Shown here one piece after another: positions 47,062-60,649 of a stretch of 64,000 bases of DNA. The notes beneath the pieces were generated by a model. That model saw only the letters and a program-made list of their open reading frames with translations. It ran no database searches and was not told where the DNA came from. The stretch's first letter is position 1. Every line of letters begins with the position of its first letter. A program made the translations under genes and the position numbers. Source of the stretch: Sarea resinae (taxonomy: Eukaryota); NCBI GenBank assembly GCA_026026165.1, contig JAPEUD010000027.1:186001-250000 (forward strand). The letters run 5' to 3'.

Positions 47062-49526
47062 TCAGACACCGAGAACACTCCACAGCGCGCCCGGCTCGAC
47101 GTAGGCGTGGTGGATGACGTTGACGAGCCAGTAATCACGCTGGATGCCGCGCAGCAGGCGTCCCGACGCGCCGCCGCCGTACACATGGCTCCATTCGCTC
47201 CAGATGCTGAAGGCCTCTTCGGCCCAGGCGGCAAAGGAGACGGATTCGATTATCGTGGGGGTGATGATTCTGGTGGTTTGGAAAAGAGGGGGAGGACGTT
47301 AGTGGATTTTTCTTCTTTGTGGGTTGTGGGTTTTGGGTTGGTTTGAGGGGAGTCGGATTGGGTTGGGTTGGGTTGGGTTGGGTTGGAAGGTGATTTGTGG
47401 GCCCAATGGGGGTTGGGGGGGGGGGGGGGGGGTTTGTGGGATGGATAAGAAGGAGGGATGGGAGAATAACAATCTATGAGGGAATGGGGGAGGGAGGAGG
47501 TAGGAGGGAGAAGAATGAGGAAAATAAGACTGACTCTTTGCCCGGAAAAGCACCCCAGGTGACCGCATTCACGGCTTCTCTGTCCGACGAGGCAAAGTCG
47601 CCTGCACTGTTGACCGCGTAGTACGACACGTCGTCCAGCTCGCTCAGTTTCTTTTGGAGCGCCAGCCAGTCTTTGGCGGGGAGGAAGAGTTCGACGAATG
47701 CCTGTTCAGTCAGATCACGTATTAGCGCTGTATTTCTATTAGATGACGTGGACTTGCACCACTACTGCTTCGGTCGTCGTAATTGGCACGGCAGGGCGAT
47801 GCTAACCTTCTGAAACACAAACCCGTTCTTCGGACCCCAGCCGAAGACGGCATCGTTGCTCGGCACGCCGTTCACCGCCGGCTGGCTGGCTACCGTCCAC
47901 CACCCCTTGCGGTGCAGAGCCAGGAGCTCGTCACGGATGACGGCCGTTTCTTCGTTGAGGCCTTCTTCGCTCCAGGGGATGGCGTCGATCTCGCCGAGGA
48001 TGTGCCGGCTGAAGATGTTGGAGATGTCTTCGGGCGTCGTGGGGTGGCCCCAGAGTTTGATGGCCCGGGGAACGGAGACGTGAAGAGAGACACCGTAGCC
48101 GTCAATCTCGCCAAAAGCTTGATGTGGGAAGGTATGTTAGTTATTTTTGGGTGATATAAAAGAGCTTACGTACCTGGAGATCGAGCGTCTCCCCATCTGC
48201 CATTAGGAAAATCGTCCCACGTGGCCTCTCTACCTAACGATCCCTCTCCCTCTGATATCGCTAGTGTATTGGCACGCGAATTGATCTTCTCTTTCGGTAC
48301 GCCTGCTTCGTCTTCAAGCGCTTCACGGCTGGCGGTACTCGATATTGAAGGTCTGTCTACGACCACTCGATTATGCGGGGTTGAATTTGCAGAGGACAAT
48401 CTTCGTCGGTCTTTGACTGGCTTGTGATCCGTTCCGTTCGTCTCTTTGGTTCTATCGGCGAGGAGAAAACCTCCAGCATCATCGACTGCGACGCTGTCGC
48501 CACTCGGCGTTGGAGGTGGTATCAGATGGCATCTTTCCAGTATCAACGAGACTGCTTTCTCGAGGTTGAGAGTAAAGAAGTGAAAGCCTCGGGGCGCATC
48601 GGAGGAAGTATGTTTGATTCGGTCGACCATCTCGCTAAGAATATCAACGCCCACCTGCTTCACAGCTTCGTCGTCTCCCTTGATAGGTTCTATCCTATCC
48701 GCATACTCGGCCGGGATTTTCGCATGGCTCAATTTCGTCGTTCTCGTGAGGATCTGGTAACTCTGGATTGGCATCAATCCTGGAAGGATAGTCACATCCT
48801 TGAAGGCCCCTGACGGATGCGATCTCAGCGTAGCCTCATAGTCTCGGTAAGCTTCGACGTCGTAGAACAGCTGCGTGATGATAAAGTCGGCACCAGCCTT
48901 GGTTTTCTCCACCAGATACGGAAGGTCGCGCAAGGGGTCCTGAACTTTCGGATGCGATTCGTCGGCATGACCTTCTGGGTATCCAGCCACTCCGACGCAG
49001 AAATAATCCCCATACCGTTTCCGTATATATCTGACGAGATCCACGGCATAGTTGAACTCTTCATTGCTGTCACCTGCGAGCGGAGAATCCTCCTCTCGAT
49101 ATTCCTCGCTCCGTGGCGGGTCTCCCCGTAATGCCAAGATGTTGCGAATCCCTAAAGCCTTTGCTTCTTCCAGTGCGTCGTCTATCAGCGCCCGGTTCAT
49201 GTTGGTGCATGTGAGGTGGAGACATGTCGTCAATCCCAATTCCCTCTGGCAGATTTCGGCCAACTTCAGAGATTTCGTGGCCGTGCTTCCACCGGCGCCC
49301 CAGGTCACGGTTACGAATAAGGGTCTCAATGCTCGTGTCATGCGTTCCAGTCGGGCACGAAGGTTCATGGAGCCCTGTTTTGCAGAGCACGATATATTAG
49401 CCGCAGCTCGGCGCGGAATCGGAGTCAGAATTAGCGAACCATGGACGTTTTTGGAGGAAAGAACTCCAAAGAGAAGTAATTGGCATCTTTGGGCAGCGCC
49501 GCAATCTTGTCGGTGATTTTGTCCAT
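47062..49526 (-). CDS. MET12: Methylenetetrahydrofolate reductase (Met12-like paralog) with SAM-binding regulatory domain
   Basis: MDKITDKI..YFSLEFFPPKT, VTWGAGGS, HLTCTN, LALRGDPP, GYPEGH, ITQLFYD, HFFTLN, WDDFPNGRWGDARSP, SQPAVNG..GWGP..FQK, AVTWGAFPGKE|IITPT. Four introns. The MET12 versus MET13 assignment is tentative. Confidence 0.9.
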
Positions 49527-49786
49527 GACGGCGGAGAGAGAGTCGCCTCAGTCTCGGTGGCGATGAATGAGGTTGAGGGGTTGAGATGCTGAGATGGTGG
49601 GGTAGAGGTGGGATGGCGATGGTGATGGCATGGAGGTGGAGATGGAGCTATACCACTGTTTCGGTAATTCTTGTCCCCGTGTCATGTCGTGTGCCATCCA
49701 CATTCATCCAACACTGCGGTGTTATTCCATTGAACCTCGTCGAACCTCACGCAACATCATCGTGATCTATGGGAACTGTATATTGA

Positions 49787-50925
49787 ATGCCCGCCTACCT
49801 GGTTCCGAAACGATCAGGAGTGCATCGTTTTGCAGGTGAGCAACGTCTCCCCCAAGCTATCAAAACACCAAAACCATCCAGCTCTGACATCCATTGCCAC
49901 CAAACAACAACAGCCCTTGCACTTTTCCGCGCCCTCATAACCCAATGCACTTCTGCGCCTGCCATCCCCGATGACCGAAGACAAGCTCTGACCCGCCACA
50001 TCCGGGCCCAATTCCGCAAGAACAGAGAGCTGCAAAGCCCGCGCCTCCTCGCGCGTGCGTTCAAAGCCGGCTATGAAGTCAGTCCGGCGAGCCCATTGCC
50101 ACGCCCCAGACGAGAAACGACACCGCTGATATAAAACCTCCTTCATAGGCCGAAAGCATCCTCCACTCCTGCACAGAGTGCAATGATGCCGAAAGCAGAT
50201 CTCGCGTCCTGAATCTCCTGGACCAGATCGCCCCGTCCTGTCGTCTTCAGAAGAAAACACGATCACCACCACTACCGGCAGCAGCAGACACGCGAAAGCC
50301 TCCCCAGCCCTTCCGTCGCCCTGCTCCCTGGCCGGGCGCCACGCCCGTCCTGTCTCGCCCGCACCTCGAGCTCTCAGGCCGCCGCCATGTGCCCAAACTC
50401 GTCAACGCGAACGGCTTCCCCTTCCTACGGTTCAAGAAGCCGCAGTCGCCCTATTTGAGCCGCGTGCTGCGCGACAAGATCTTCCACCGCGTCAAGATCT
50501 TCGACCGCATGTACGCGTTCGAAGGGATGATCCTGCAGGCCGAGCGCGAGGATCAGTGGGATAATATCGTCAGAGACATGCATGGCGTCTCTGCGGGCCC
50601 CACGACGACAATCATAGGGAGAAGAGGAGCACGGGGCGGGGCCGGTGAACGAACTGGTCGGATTGGCCGAGGGCTCGACGATGAGCCTTCCTGGACCGCC
50701 GAGCTCAGGGAGGGCCACAAGGACTGCAAAAGTCAGCTTCACCGGCACACGGTCGAGGCGTCGCAGCTGGCGGCGAAGATGCAGGCGATTGTGGATCGAG
50801 AGGGGGAGCTGGCGGCGCAGGAGAGGATAGAGAGGAAGATGGCGAAGAATCAGGCTCGAAAAGATAGAAAGGCAAGGGAGAGAGAAGAGGGTGCTGGGGC
50901 ACCGGAAGATCTCCTTCGCCAGTGA
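49787..50925 (+). CDS. LYR-motif (Complex1_LYR-like) protein, probably mitochondrial
   Basis: Spliced HRFA|ALALFRALI..IRAQFRKNR..AFKAGYE, then LSGRRHVPKLVNANGFPFLRFKKPQ. Two introns. Confidence 0.7.
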
Positions 50926-51280
50926 AATATGGGAGGGATTCTGCTTACATATTACTGATATCTCGTCTCGATCCAAGTATCCGAATGTAGCGAGCATTGG
51001 TGGTCGATTTGCACACCAAGTTTTTCCATCTAAGATATCCCCTCCAGTTTTGTTTACAGACATCACTGGTATGGGTAAACGGGTCTTTCAAAAGCTTTTG
51101 TTAAGGGATTGGTACCGAGATATACCATCCCACACCAGCAATTCTCATTAGATCACCAGTGAACCCTTTTCTGCAGTGACCACATTTAAATCCTAATCGG
51201 TCAGGCCTAAGCGGAAATAAGAACAGAATAGATGGCCAGAACTCCAAGCCCATGCAAATATCCTCATGCATCAACCCCAG

Positions 51281-52349
51281 CTACGCCTCGACCTTCAGCC
51301 TCTCGACCTCAGCACCCAAAGCATCCTCACCGTCGCCATCCTCCTCATCCCCACCCTTACCCACGAACCCACCCTCCCACAGCTCCCTACCAGTCATCTT
51401 TCGCTCGGCAGCCGCCGCCGCCGCCGCCGCACCGGACGCGCCCTTCTTCCTCTTATCCTCACCCTCGCGCTCCTCCTTCCTTTTCCTCTCGTCCTCAGCC
51501 ATCTCGGCGAAGAAGGCGTCGCGCCACCGGAGGAACGACTCGCGCGTGACCCTCTCACCGTGGAACTTTGCGTTCTCGGCCTCCTCGGCCTTGCGCGCCT
51601 CCAGCTCGTGCACCTCCTGCGCCGCCGCCGCGCGCTCGGCCATCAGGCCCTCCGCACTGTCCTTGAGCGTGCTGACCAGCGTAAACACCATCGCCATCCC
51701 TAGGTTCTCTTCGGCTGCTGCGTGCAGCGCTGAGAGGAGGGTGGGCTTGTCGTGCGGTAGGTCGAGGAGCGGGATTTTGGCGGCGTTTGGCGGCAGCGAG
51801 ATGTCCAGGTCTGGCGCTGTGTCCGGGTAGTCGGAAGGGTAGGAGACGTGCAGAAGGAGCGTTGCTGCGGGTGGGCAGGGGAGGTTAGTATTGTAATTGC
51901 GCCAGTAGAGAGGGGGGAGCGCGCGAGGGGAATCCTGCGTAAGAGGTTGGATGTAATGTTGGTATTCTTGTTAGAAGGAGGTGGAGTATCATATCCGCTC
52001 TTATCCTGTCCCTTTTTACGTGTGTCTGCTGCGGACATGGGCGATCTGGAAATGCGCAATACTCACGGGTTTCGATTTCTTCCTCTTCGTCATTGTCATG
52101 GCTGTTCGGGGCCGTATCCAGCGTGATCGAGATCCGATATGCGGTTTCGGAGACATCTACACACCCACACATCGAACAGCAAGCGGTCAGCCCTAAGTCA
52201 TGCCATTCGATTCGAGCGTGAAGCTTAAGATGCGCCGCGCAGTAGTGATGGACTGGACTTGACTTGACTTGACTTGACTTACCCGTGATCTCGTCCGGAA
52301 AGATCGAGTCGAGGACTTCTCGCTCTTCCTTTTGCTCCTCGATCCCCAT
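51281..52349 (-). CDS. GIR2: RWD-domain protein Gir2/DFRP2
   Basis: EEQKEEREVLDSIFPDE, SYPSDYPDTAP, ENLGMAMVFTL, FHGERVTRESFLRWR and MTGRELWE. Two introns. Confidence 0.9.
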
Positions 52350-52832
52350 TGTGCTGGTCGGAGCAGGGCAAGCGGTGAATGTATCGGTGTCTGTATCGCT
52401 GAAACGATGATGGTCGTATTACTGTGATGCTTGGTGGGGCGATCTGGGATCGATCACGGTTGCGGTCTAGAGTCGAGACGGCGCCGTATGTAATGGATGA
52501 TGGAAGTACTGCCGCTGCCGGTCTTGCCGCCTTCCCCTCGGACGAGCCGATTGGGTGTCACGACGTAAGATCGAGCACGATATATTTCGCCATTTGCGTG
52601 CTCGTAAGCCTCAACTTCGCGGGGTTGGAAGACTGGGACATTCTATTCGGATATATTCAATATATACTGGCCGTCGTTCTCTACCCTTTCATTCAAGCCC
52701 TACCGCGCAGTCGCATCTCTTCAAGCCCTTCTATTACCCCTCCCCCCTCCCCCCTCCCCCCTCCCCCCTCCCCCACCAGCCGTTGGGACCATCGAGGGAA
52801 GAACGGGAGTTGGACTTGACGTTCATTTGGCC

Positions 52833-55289
52833 ATGGGGTTATTGTACGATTTGTGATTCTCGAGATGTTGGAGTCCCGACTGACTGCGCCTTCTCAGAGC
52901 GGTAGGAACCCCACTGGACTGGCCGGAGGCAAAGCAGTGCGCAAGCCATGTGCGCGAGTGGGGTATTGAGGTACAGACAAAGATCTCATAAGACTCGCCG
53001 ATCCAAGTGCTCACTTCGCTCTAGCAACTTCTCGCAGTATGGCGGAGAGCCAAAGGCAAGGAGCGCGATGCTCTGCTGTGGGGTGACGAGGTATGAGTGC
53101 GCTTTTCGCAAAGGTGACAGCCTCGCGATGTTGATCCGGTGCCCCACTTCAGATCGAGTACCTTGTCGTGGCCGTCGACGACGAACACAAAAAAGTCAGA
53201 CTGTCGTTAAGGCAGGCGGATATCCTGGCGGCTCTAGCCAAGGACGAGAGTCTGCAGCAACAGGGAGGATGCGTGCCAGACTTGCAGGAAGTCGAAAGGT
53301 AGGACCTTGAGTTCTCCAAGGACGTTCGTGCTCTAAATGTGCAAGCCACAGAAACGGAGACACTTTGCCTGTTTTCCACCCGGAGTTCGGTCGCTTTATG
53401 TTGGAGGCGACACCAGGCAAACCCTGGGGTATCGGCTTCAAGGATCTGTTGGATGTGGAGCCGAATATGAAATGGAGGTTCGTCGATGACTCTTGACTGA
53501 TATGTCTTGCTGATCATCTTCAGACGAATCATCGCCAAAGACCACATGACAGCGAATGAATTCCCCATCACCTTGACCACCTTTCCCAGATTAGGAGCAA
53601 AGGACGATTTTATAACACCTTATTACCCCCCCTCTGGTGAGAAACTGCGCTCGCAGTTCTTGCCCGATGAGATCGCAAACCCACATATCCGCTTCCCAAC
53701 ACTGGCTGCCAACATTCGGGCACGGAGGGGTCGTAAAGTGGAGATCAACGTCCCGATCTTCAAGGACGAAAAGACCCCCTGGCCTTTCCATGACCCTACG
53801 GTTGACTACGACCTGCACAAGTGGCCGGAAGACGACGATGTCCGGAATGGTGCTGCTAAAGAAGGCCACGTCTATATGGACGGCATGGCCTTTGGGATGG
53901 GCAGTTGCTGTTTGCAGATCACCTTTCAAGCGAAGAATATCACCGAGGGCCGGACCTTATACGATCAATTGAGTCCGCTGGGACCAATCCTCATGGCATT
54001 GACCGCCGCCACGCCAATATACAAAGGATTTCTGGTCGATACGGACGTACGATGGAACCAGATCAGCGCTTCTGTTGACGACCGGACGGCCGAAGAGCTG
54101 GGCGAGACCGTATTTTCTCCGTTCCAGTCCCAACATATCTAATACTAACAGACCACAATAGCCCCTGAAAAACGACCGCTGGCGCATCCCCAAATCCCGC
54201 TACGCCTCCAACTCGACCTACATCGCACTCGACCCGCGCCTCCGCAAAGAATACCTCGACCCGGACCTCGTCATCGACGAAGACGTAAAGGCGCGCCTCG
54301 TACAGGGAGGGATGGATCCGCTCCTAGCGACACACTTCGCACACCTCTTCATCCGTGACCCGATCGTCATCTTCTCCGAGGACCTTCAATCGCTCGACCT
54401 GAGCAAAACCGACCACTTCGAGAACCTGCAGTCGACGAACTGGCAGCACATGCGATTCAAGCCGCCGCCGGCCGACAACGAGAGTATCGGGTGGCGGGTC
54501 GAGTTCCGGCCGATGGAGATCCAGATGACGGATTTCGAGAACGCGGCCTTTGCGGTCTTCATGGTCTTGATCACGCGCGCCGTCCTGAGCTTCGATCTGA
54601 ACTTCTACATCCCCATCCAGAAGGTCACGGAGAACATGCAGACGGCGCACAAGCGGAACGCCGTCCTGGAGGAACGGTTCTGGTTCCGGAAGAATCCGTT
54701 TCCGGACCCTCAGCATCATCACAACAGCCGGACACCGACGCGGAACGGATCCGGCGCTTCGACGCCGCACATCAATGGCGAACACGACGACACGTTCGAC
54801 CCTGCGACAGCACCAGCAGATACCAACTTGCCGCCCGTCGAATCGGAATACACGCTCCTCACCATCAACGAGATCATCAACGGCCAATCCCCTTCCTCCT
54901 CCTCATCCTCATCCTCCACGACACCAGAAACCACCACCACCACACTCTTCCCCGGCCTCCTCCCCCTCCTCGACACCTACCTCAGCAGCATCAACATCCC
55001 GCTCTCGGACCGCTGCAAGCTGAACTCGTACCTGTCGCTGATCTCGCGCCGGGCCTCGGGCCAGCTCAAGACGCCGGCGACGTGGATCCGCGAGTTCGTG
55101 CGCGCGCACGACCGCTACGCCGGCGATAGCGTCGTCGGCCCCGAGCTCGAGTTCGATCTCGTCAAGGCCGTGACGGGCATCATGGACGGCTCGGTCGAGG
55201 CCGGCTTCGTCAGCCGGGAGGAGGACGAGGTGTTTGTTGCGGGTGGGGGTGCGCGCAAGAAGCATCCGGATGACGATTGTGGCGAGTAG
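52833..55289 (+). CDS. GSH1: Glutamate-cysteine ligase catalytic subunit
   Basis: MGLL|AVGTPLDW, LLWGDE|IEY, HPEFGRFMLEATPG, YMDGMAFGMGSCCLQ, IPKSRY, DHFENLQSTNWQHMRFKPP and GWRVEFRPME. Six introns. Confidence 0.95.
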
Positions 55290-55722
55290 AGCGGGGTCGG
55301 ATATATAGATAGACGGATAGAAAGTTAGAGAAACAAGCCCTTCCTCACTCGCCCATTGACGTTTCAGACTTTCTCAAATATGTCTCCAACTAGCCCCGAG
55401 AAAAAAAAAGGTTGTCTATAAACGGCGAACTCAACCACCAAAGTGACGGAACATTCTTCGATTTTTGATTTCAACGACCCATTTGACCCATTCATCATCG
55501 CCAAGGAACAGCGTGCTCTGGTCATCTATATGTAGTCGCGATCACCCCCCCGCCGGCGCAAAAAAAAAATCCCCCCCCCCCAAAAAAAACAACCTGTAAT
55601 GGACCCTTTCCCCCCAGCACATGCATGTGCCTCAACGACAAGACCACGGCGCTCTCGGCCATACAATCCAATCCAATCCGCTCCCACAACCCTGCCGTGT
55701 GCCAATACCCGCATTCACAGAG

Positions 55723-56714
55723 CTAAGACCTGCCTCGCCCCGAAGCCGCAATATCGTCCTTCAGCACCACATCCCCACCGTCCTTCCGACTGGCGTGGTG
55801 GCCATCTTTCGGCACAGCTTTCGGCCCGGCATCACGGCCAACGGGGTCTGAGCGAGCAGCCGCACCTCTCGGCACCGTCGCCGGCTTCGCTCTCGTGAAG
55901 AGTCGCCTGGCTGCCTTGGTGAAGGGGATGATGGAGATGCGGGCGAACCACGGCGTGGCCCAGACGCTGAAGACGAGTCGGACGGGCAGCAGGGCTTTGG
56001 TGATGGCGTAGGCGGTCGCGACTCTAGTGGAGTGGTCAGCTCTGGAAGCCTTTTTCTCTCCCTACATCCCTGCCTCCCTGCCTCCCTGCCTCCCTGCCTC
56101 TCTCGCCCTGCCTCCCTCCCTTCACGCGAGACCAACGACTCAAAAGGAGAAAGAAAATAGGATCAAGTACTCACTCCACAACAATCCTGACCCCGCCCTC
56201 GCCCCGTCCCCACCATTTTCCTCTAAAACCCCTCTTCTTCTTCCCATCCTCGCCCACGTCTCCCTCCTCCTCAATCCAGCCCTTCCGCCGGAAATAGTTC
56301 CCAAACTTCTCCACCCCGTCGCTGACCCACCGGCCCTCGCTGATGTAGGGGGGGAGGTAATTCGTATAGTGAAAGGCGGCCGCGAGCCCGAAGAGTGGGA
56401 TAATCGCCGTCAGCTCGTGCAGGAGGAGGAAGGACGTGATGTGCGTGAGGGGCGCCGTGCGCAGGGGATTCGTATAGCGATGCAGGAAGCGGGGGACTAG
56501 TGCGCGACACGGTGAGTATGATGCATAGGGGAAGAGAGGGGCATTGCGAGGACCTACGGCGGGCGAGGATTCGGTCTAGTCGAGACTGCGCCTGGCGCGC
56601 TGCTGAGGGGTGGACGTCGTCGGGCTTCGTGGAGAATAGTCGGCGACGACTTATTCGTGGAAGAGGGGAGGGGGAAAGTGGTGCTCGCGCATGGCGCAGC
56701 AGGATTCGATTCAT
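55723..56714 (-). CDS. MRX11: FLILHELTA-family mitochondrial protein (Mrx11-like)
   Basis: Arg/Leu/Ser-rich presequence. Spliced HITSFLLLHELTAIIPL and VVE|VATAYAITKALLPVRLVFSVWATPWFAR. Confidence 0.8.
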
Positions 56715-57166
56715 CGTGAGGGCATTGTATAGGCTCAAAATGTTGAAAGTGCTCTGTACACGAAAGGGCCGTCCTTTGTGATCGACGAAGTTGGGCGTGG
56801 AGCGTGGCTGATGCTTAGTCTACGACCGTGAAGCTTCGAGTTTCCCATCCCACGGTCCATGACGTTTCTCGCTTATACACCCCATGCGGCCATCAGATAC
56901 GAAGCCGCCCGGGCGATCGAGAAACGTCGGAAACGGACTCAATACATACGACCACGCGTTCCAAAGGGAAGAACTTGCGCATTGCTTTTGCTTCTGTGTG
57001 GGCTCTACAAGAAGTCATAGAGTAATGGAACAATGGGACGAGGGAATGACTATCCATCAATTCTTGCTCTATCCTTTTTTGTTTCTAACATAGTGTCATG
57101 ATGCTGATGATCCTCTAACAAGCAATTGCTCCGCAGAAGATGGACGTGGATTTCCTCTTCGGCCAT

Positions 57167-58011
57167 CTATGGCTTCTCGTAGATCCAGTCGAACGAGGTC
57201 GACTTGTAGGACACAACCTCATCCTTGTTGAACCACAGAGCGATCTCATTCTTGGCCGTCTCAACCGAGTCGGAGCCGTGGCAGACGTTACGGCCAACAT
57301 CCTGATTTCGCGTTAGAGGATAGCAGGTCATGGAGAAAAGCAAAACTTACGATGGCGAAGTCGCCACGGATGGTGCCGGGGGCAGAGGCGAGAGGGTTGG
57401 TGGCACCGAGGAGGACTAATAGGAATTGCCGGTCAGCATGCACGCCGGTGGACTCTCGATATCAGGTAATCTTACCACGGCCAGTCTTGACGGCGTCACG
57501 GCCTTCCCAGACCATGGCGCAGATAGGGCCGCTCAGCATGTCTGCGAGAACAATCAGTATTGAATCCTCGTCTCGTCCTCCAGCTAGTGGGCGGATGCAG
57601 CCAAGTGGGGTAGCGTACAGGTGATGAGACCGGGGAAGAAGGGCTTCTCAGCGAGGTCCTTGTAGTGCTTCTCGAGGTGCTCCTTGGAGGGGGTGACGAG
57701 CTTGATAGCCACGAGCTTGTAGCTACGGACGCCCCTTAGCTACTGGTTTTGTGGAAGAGAGGACCGTCATCCTTACCCGCGGTTCTCGAAGCGGCTGATG
57801 ATGGGAGCGATCAAGCCACGCTGTACCAGCTCGTCAGAGAAAATCCTTTGCAACGGGATACGCATGAAGCCTTGGGAATTGATTCGTACCTGGACGCCAT
57901 CAGGCTTGATAGCGATGAAACTGTCGTGGATGAAGATGGATTAGCTACACCGCCCATTGGTCCAATTGGCCGTGGACGGCACATTGCGACTCACGTCTGC
58001 TCGGATGCCAT
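57167..58011 (-). CDS. NDK1: Nucleoside diphosphate kinase (7 exons; absent from the ORF track)
   Basis: Exons give [59 protein letters not shown]..|[33 protein letters not shown]. Confidence 0.95.
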
Positions 58012-58659
58012 GTCGTCTGGGGGAAAGCTTTTGCTTTGCTTTTTGGACTTGTTGGAGGATGCTCTGGGTCTGAGGACTGAGATGTTTGAAGATTGGAAGG
58101 TCTTTGAGGGGGGGCGCTTGAAGGATTTGTACTTGGCGATTGAGTGCGTTGGTGGGGCACGATCCTTTGTTGGCGGGGGCCCCATCTCTGCGACTGCAGA
58201 CGGTCAAGCACGTGGTACAGATACTCTGTATCCCACACACTTATGGCCCATAACTAGGTACCCTCTACCCGTCAAACGACAAACGACATCTTGCCATCGC
58301 TACGGCGCGGTACGGGAGCATCGGGTCTTCACTCCACAACATCCCTATGGAGTACTTCGTCCATTGCTGAGCCTTCTCCTTCCTCCACGATCTCCTCCGC
58401 CATCCATCCATCTATCTTCAACGACTCTCCACTCCACTCCACTCTCCCCGCAAATCTATCCCTTCGCAACCCCAATCCTCTCGAATCGTCTACTGCGGAC
58501 TCTTCAAGTACGTCCTCTCTCATCAGCGCTTCATCGGCACGCCATCCAATTGACCATTCTCCAGCCCGCCCACATCCGATGCAGCACGAATAGATCCGGC
58601 CTTCACGCCTCCCTGCCCAGCCTGTCCGTGAAGGCCCCCCCAGCGCACATCAAGCGACG

Positions 58660-59094
58660 ATGGCGCCACCGCGTCTCCATCCGCGCTCCCGCCAGACGCT
58701 CTCCCTCTTCACCTCGACGCTGCTCCTGTCCTTCCTGATCGTCGGCATCCCACACGCCTTCCCCTGCCCCGTGCGACGAACCGACTACGCCGACGGCGAG
58801 ATGCCAGGCAGTGACGGGCAAACCCACCGGCGCAGACGCCGACGCCGACCATGCACAGCGGCCGATGGCGCAGACGCGGCCGATGGCGAGCTGGCGGACG
58901 GAGTGGCGCCGATGGGGCCGACGCAGCTGCGCCAGAGGGAATGTCCTGTGCCGAAGCCCAGGGGGCTCGTGGGCGAGATCTTGGGCTTCAAGCAGCTCGA
59001 CAAGGACGCCACGCCGATGCCGAAGGTCGTCATTGCGTCGTCGGGGCCACGGCCACTGCCTTCGACGACGAATTCCGGGTCAGATGGCGCTTGA
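58660..59094 (+). CDS. Small conserved fungal protein, Coa2-like (cytochrome c oxidase assembly)
   Basis: LHPRSR..SLFTSTLLLSFLIVGIPHAFPCP and CPVPKP..GEILGF; the hydrophobic segment plus PCP resembles yeast Coa2. Confidence 0.55.
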   Translation: MAPPRLHPRSRQTLSLFTSTLLLSFLIVGIPHAFPCPVRRTDYADGEMPGSDGQTHRRRRRRRPCTAADGADAADGELADGVAPMGPTQLRQRECPVPKPRGLVGEILGFKQLDKDATPMPKVVIASSGPRPLPSTTNSGSDGA

Positions 59095-59545
59095 TTTGAT
59101 GATGGGTCATGTTTTCGAAACCGAGGAGTTGTATTTCTGGCCGATGGGAGAACAGACGGAACAGCAAAGGGTGTGCGATCTGCTAGATTTGTACACGTAG
59201 TGCATATACAGACCGGGTGAGCGCTCACCTACGGCGCTATATTGGTCGATGGACGCGACCGGGAGCGGCGAGCATAAAGATAGGAGAGGGAAGACATTCA
59301 GGCATCATATACCCGGACACGACATTGTGTTCAGGTTGTTCATATATACATTGTACACACACTCTTCTTTGTACAGATCTTCTATGTCAAGACTTTTTAC
59401 CCAAACGCCTTTTAGAAAACATGCAACGAAAACAGTATGCATATGCCGGGCCGTCTCTCTTTCAAGGTCTCTTCCATACTTGCCAATCCGGTCTTCCTCC
59501 TCAGTCTCTATACCCCAAACCATGTAATCACCTGCGTGGGTCCAT

Positions 59546-60391
59546 CTACCTCCCAAATATGCCAAACAGTCCGCCGCCCGCGCCGCCGGTCCCTCCGCGC
59601 TTCGCCTCATTCTCGATCCACTCCTTCAGGAATTTCGGATTCTTCATGTCCTCGACGCTGGTCACCTTCGTTGCCAGCTGGGCCTCTTGCCTCGAGAACG
59701 ACAACAGGGTCGGTATAGAGGTGATCTACTCAACCATCAGCATCGAGAATGGCATCGGCATCACAATGGACTGCAATCCACGTCTGCCCCCGTGAATTTG
59801 ACCGTAACTCTCTCGCACAGGAGAAAAGCAACACAAACGTACCATATAGCGCATGCCCAGGTCCCCAATGGTGACGGAATCGAGCTCGACCTCGGCAAAT
59901 GCCACACCGCCCTCCTTCTCGCCAACCCCATCGCGCTCCACCATCTCGCGCACCAGCGGTGCCACGACCCGGCACGAGGGGCACCAGGATGCGGTCCAGA
60001 ACGTGAGCAGCGGCGTATGGTTTGCGGAGGAGAGGAGCAGGAGCGAGGAGAACTCGTCTTCGTTGCGGACGCTGTTGGTGGTCTTGGTGTTCAGTGCGTG
60101 TTTGTGTGTGGTGGGGGGTTTGAGGCATAAGTGGTGATGGGTGGGGAGTGGTGGGGAGTGGGAAGTGGGCAGTGGGCAGTGAGGGTTTGACTCATAGGAT
60201 CATCTTGAGAACAGGAAGGGAAAGAGGGAGACGGACGAAGTGAAGACCCGATTTGGAATCGCTAGACGGGTGGAGGTGTGGAATTTCTGTGCCGAGGACG
60301 ATGGCAAGATGTTGAGACGAGATGAAGCTTTGGAAGTCGGTATTGATCGCCGAGCAGAACATCGCGAGACATGTCTCAATGGCAAGGCCAT
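59546..60391 (-). CDS. Thioredoxin-like protein with mitochondrial presequence (WCPSC)
   Basis: Presequence MALPLRHVSRCSARRS..; spliced NRVFTS|VRNEDEF..FWTASWCPSCRVVAP..RYM|ITSIPTL. Confidence 0.8.
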
Positions 60392-60649
60392 GATGATTGC
60401 AATTCAATCCAACCCGATCGGACTCTCCCAACGGCCTGACAGTGTAAATAAATGACTTGGTTTGGAGATTGTCGATTGGTGTTTCTGCGGTGTCGAGTTC
60501 GATGACGAGAGTGCTCCGGAGTATGCCCGAGCGCGGTTACGCGGTTCCGCGGTTCCTCTCGCCTGGCCAGCCAGTCCTGCAAGCGAGGGCGGTCGAGATG
60601 TGTGGACTTCCCATCTCGAATCCATTCCCGCTCTCTGCTTCTCCATATC

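Noticed and set aside
47270..47534. Long last MTHFR intron with (GGGTT)n resembling telomeric repeats
   Set aside because: The unit is GGGTT, not TTAGGG; a simple microsatellite expansion.
57749..58738. 329-aa + strand ORF
   Set aside because: Non-ATG start; overlaps NDK1 antisense, its promoter and the Coa2-like 5' region; no recognisable motifs.
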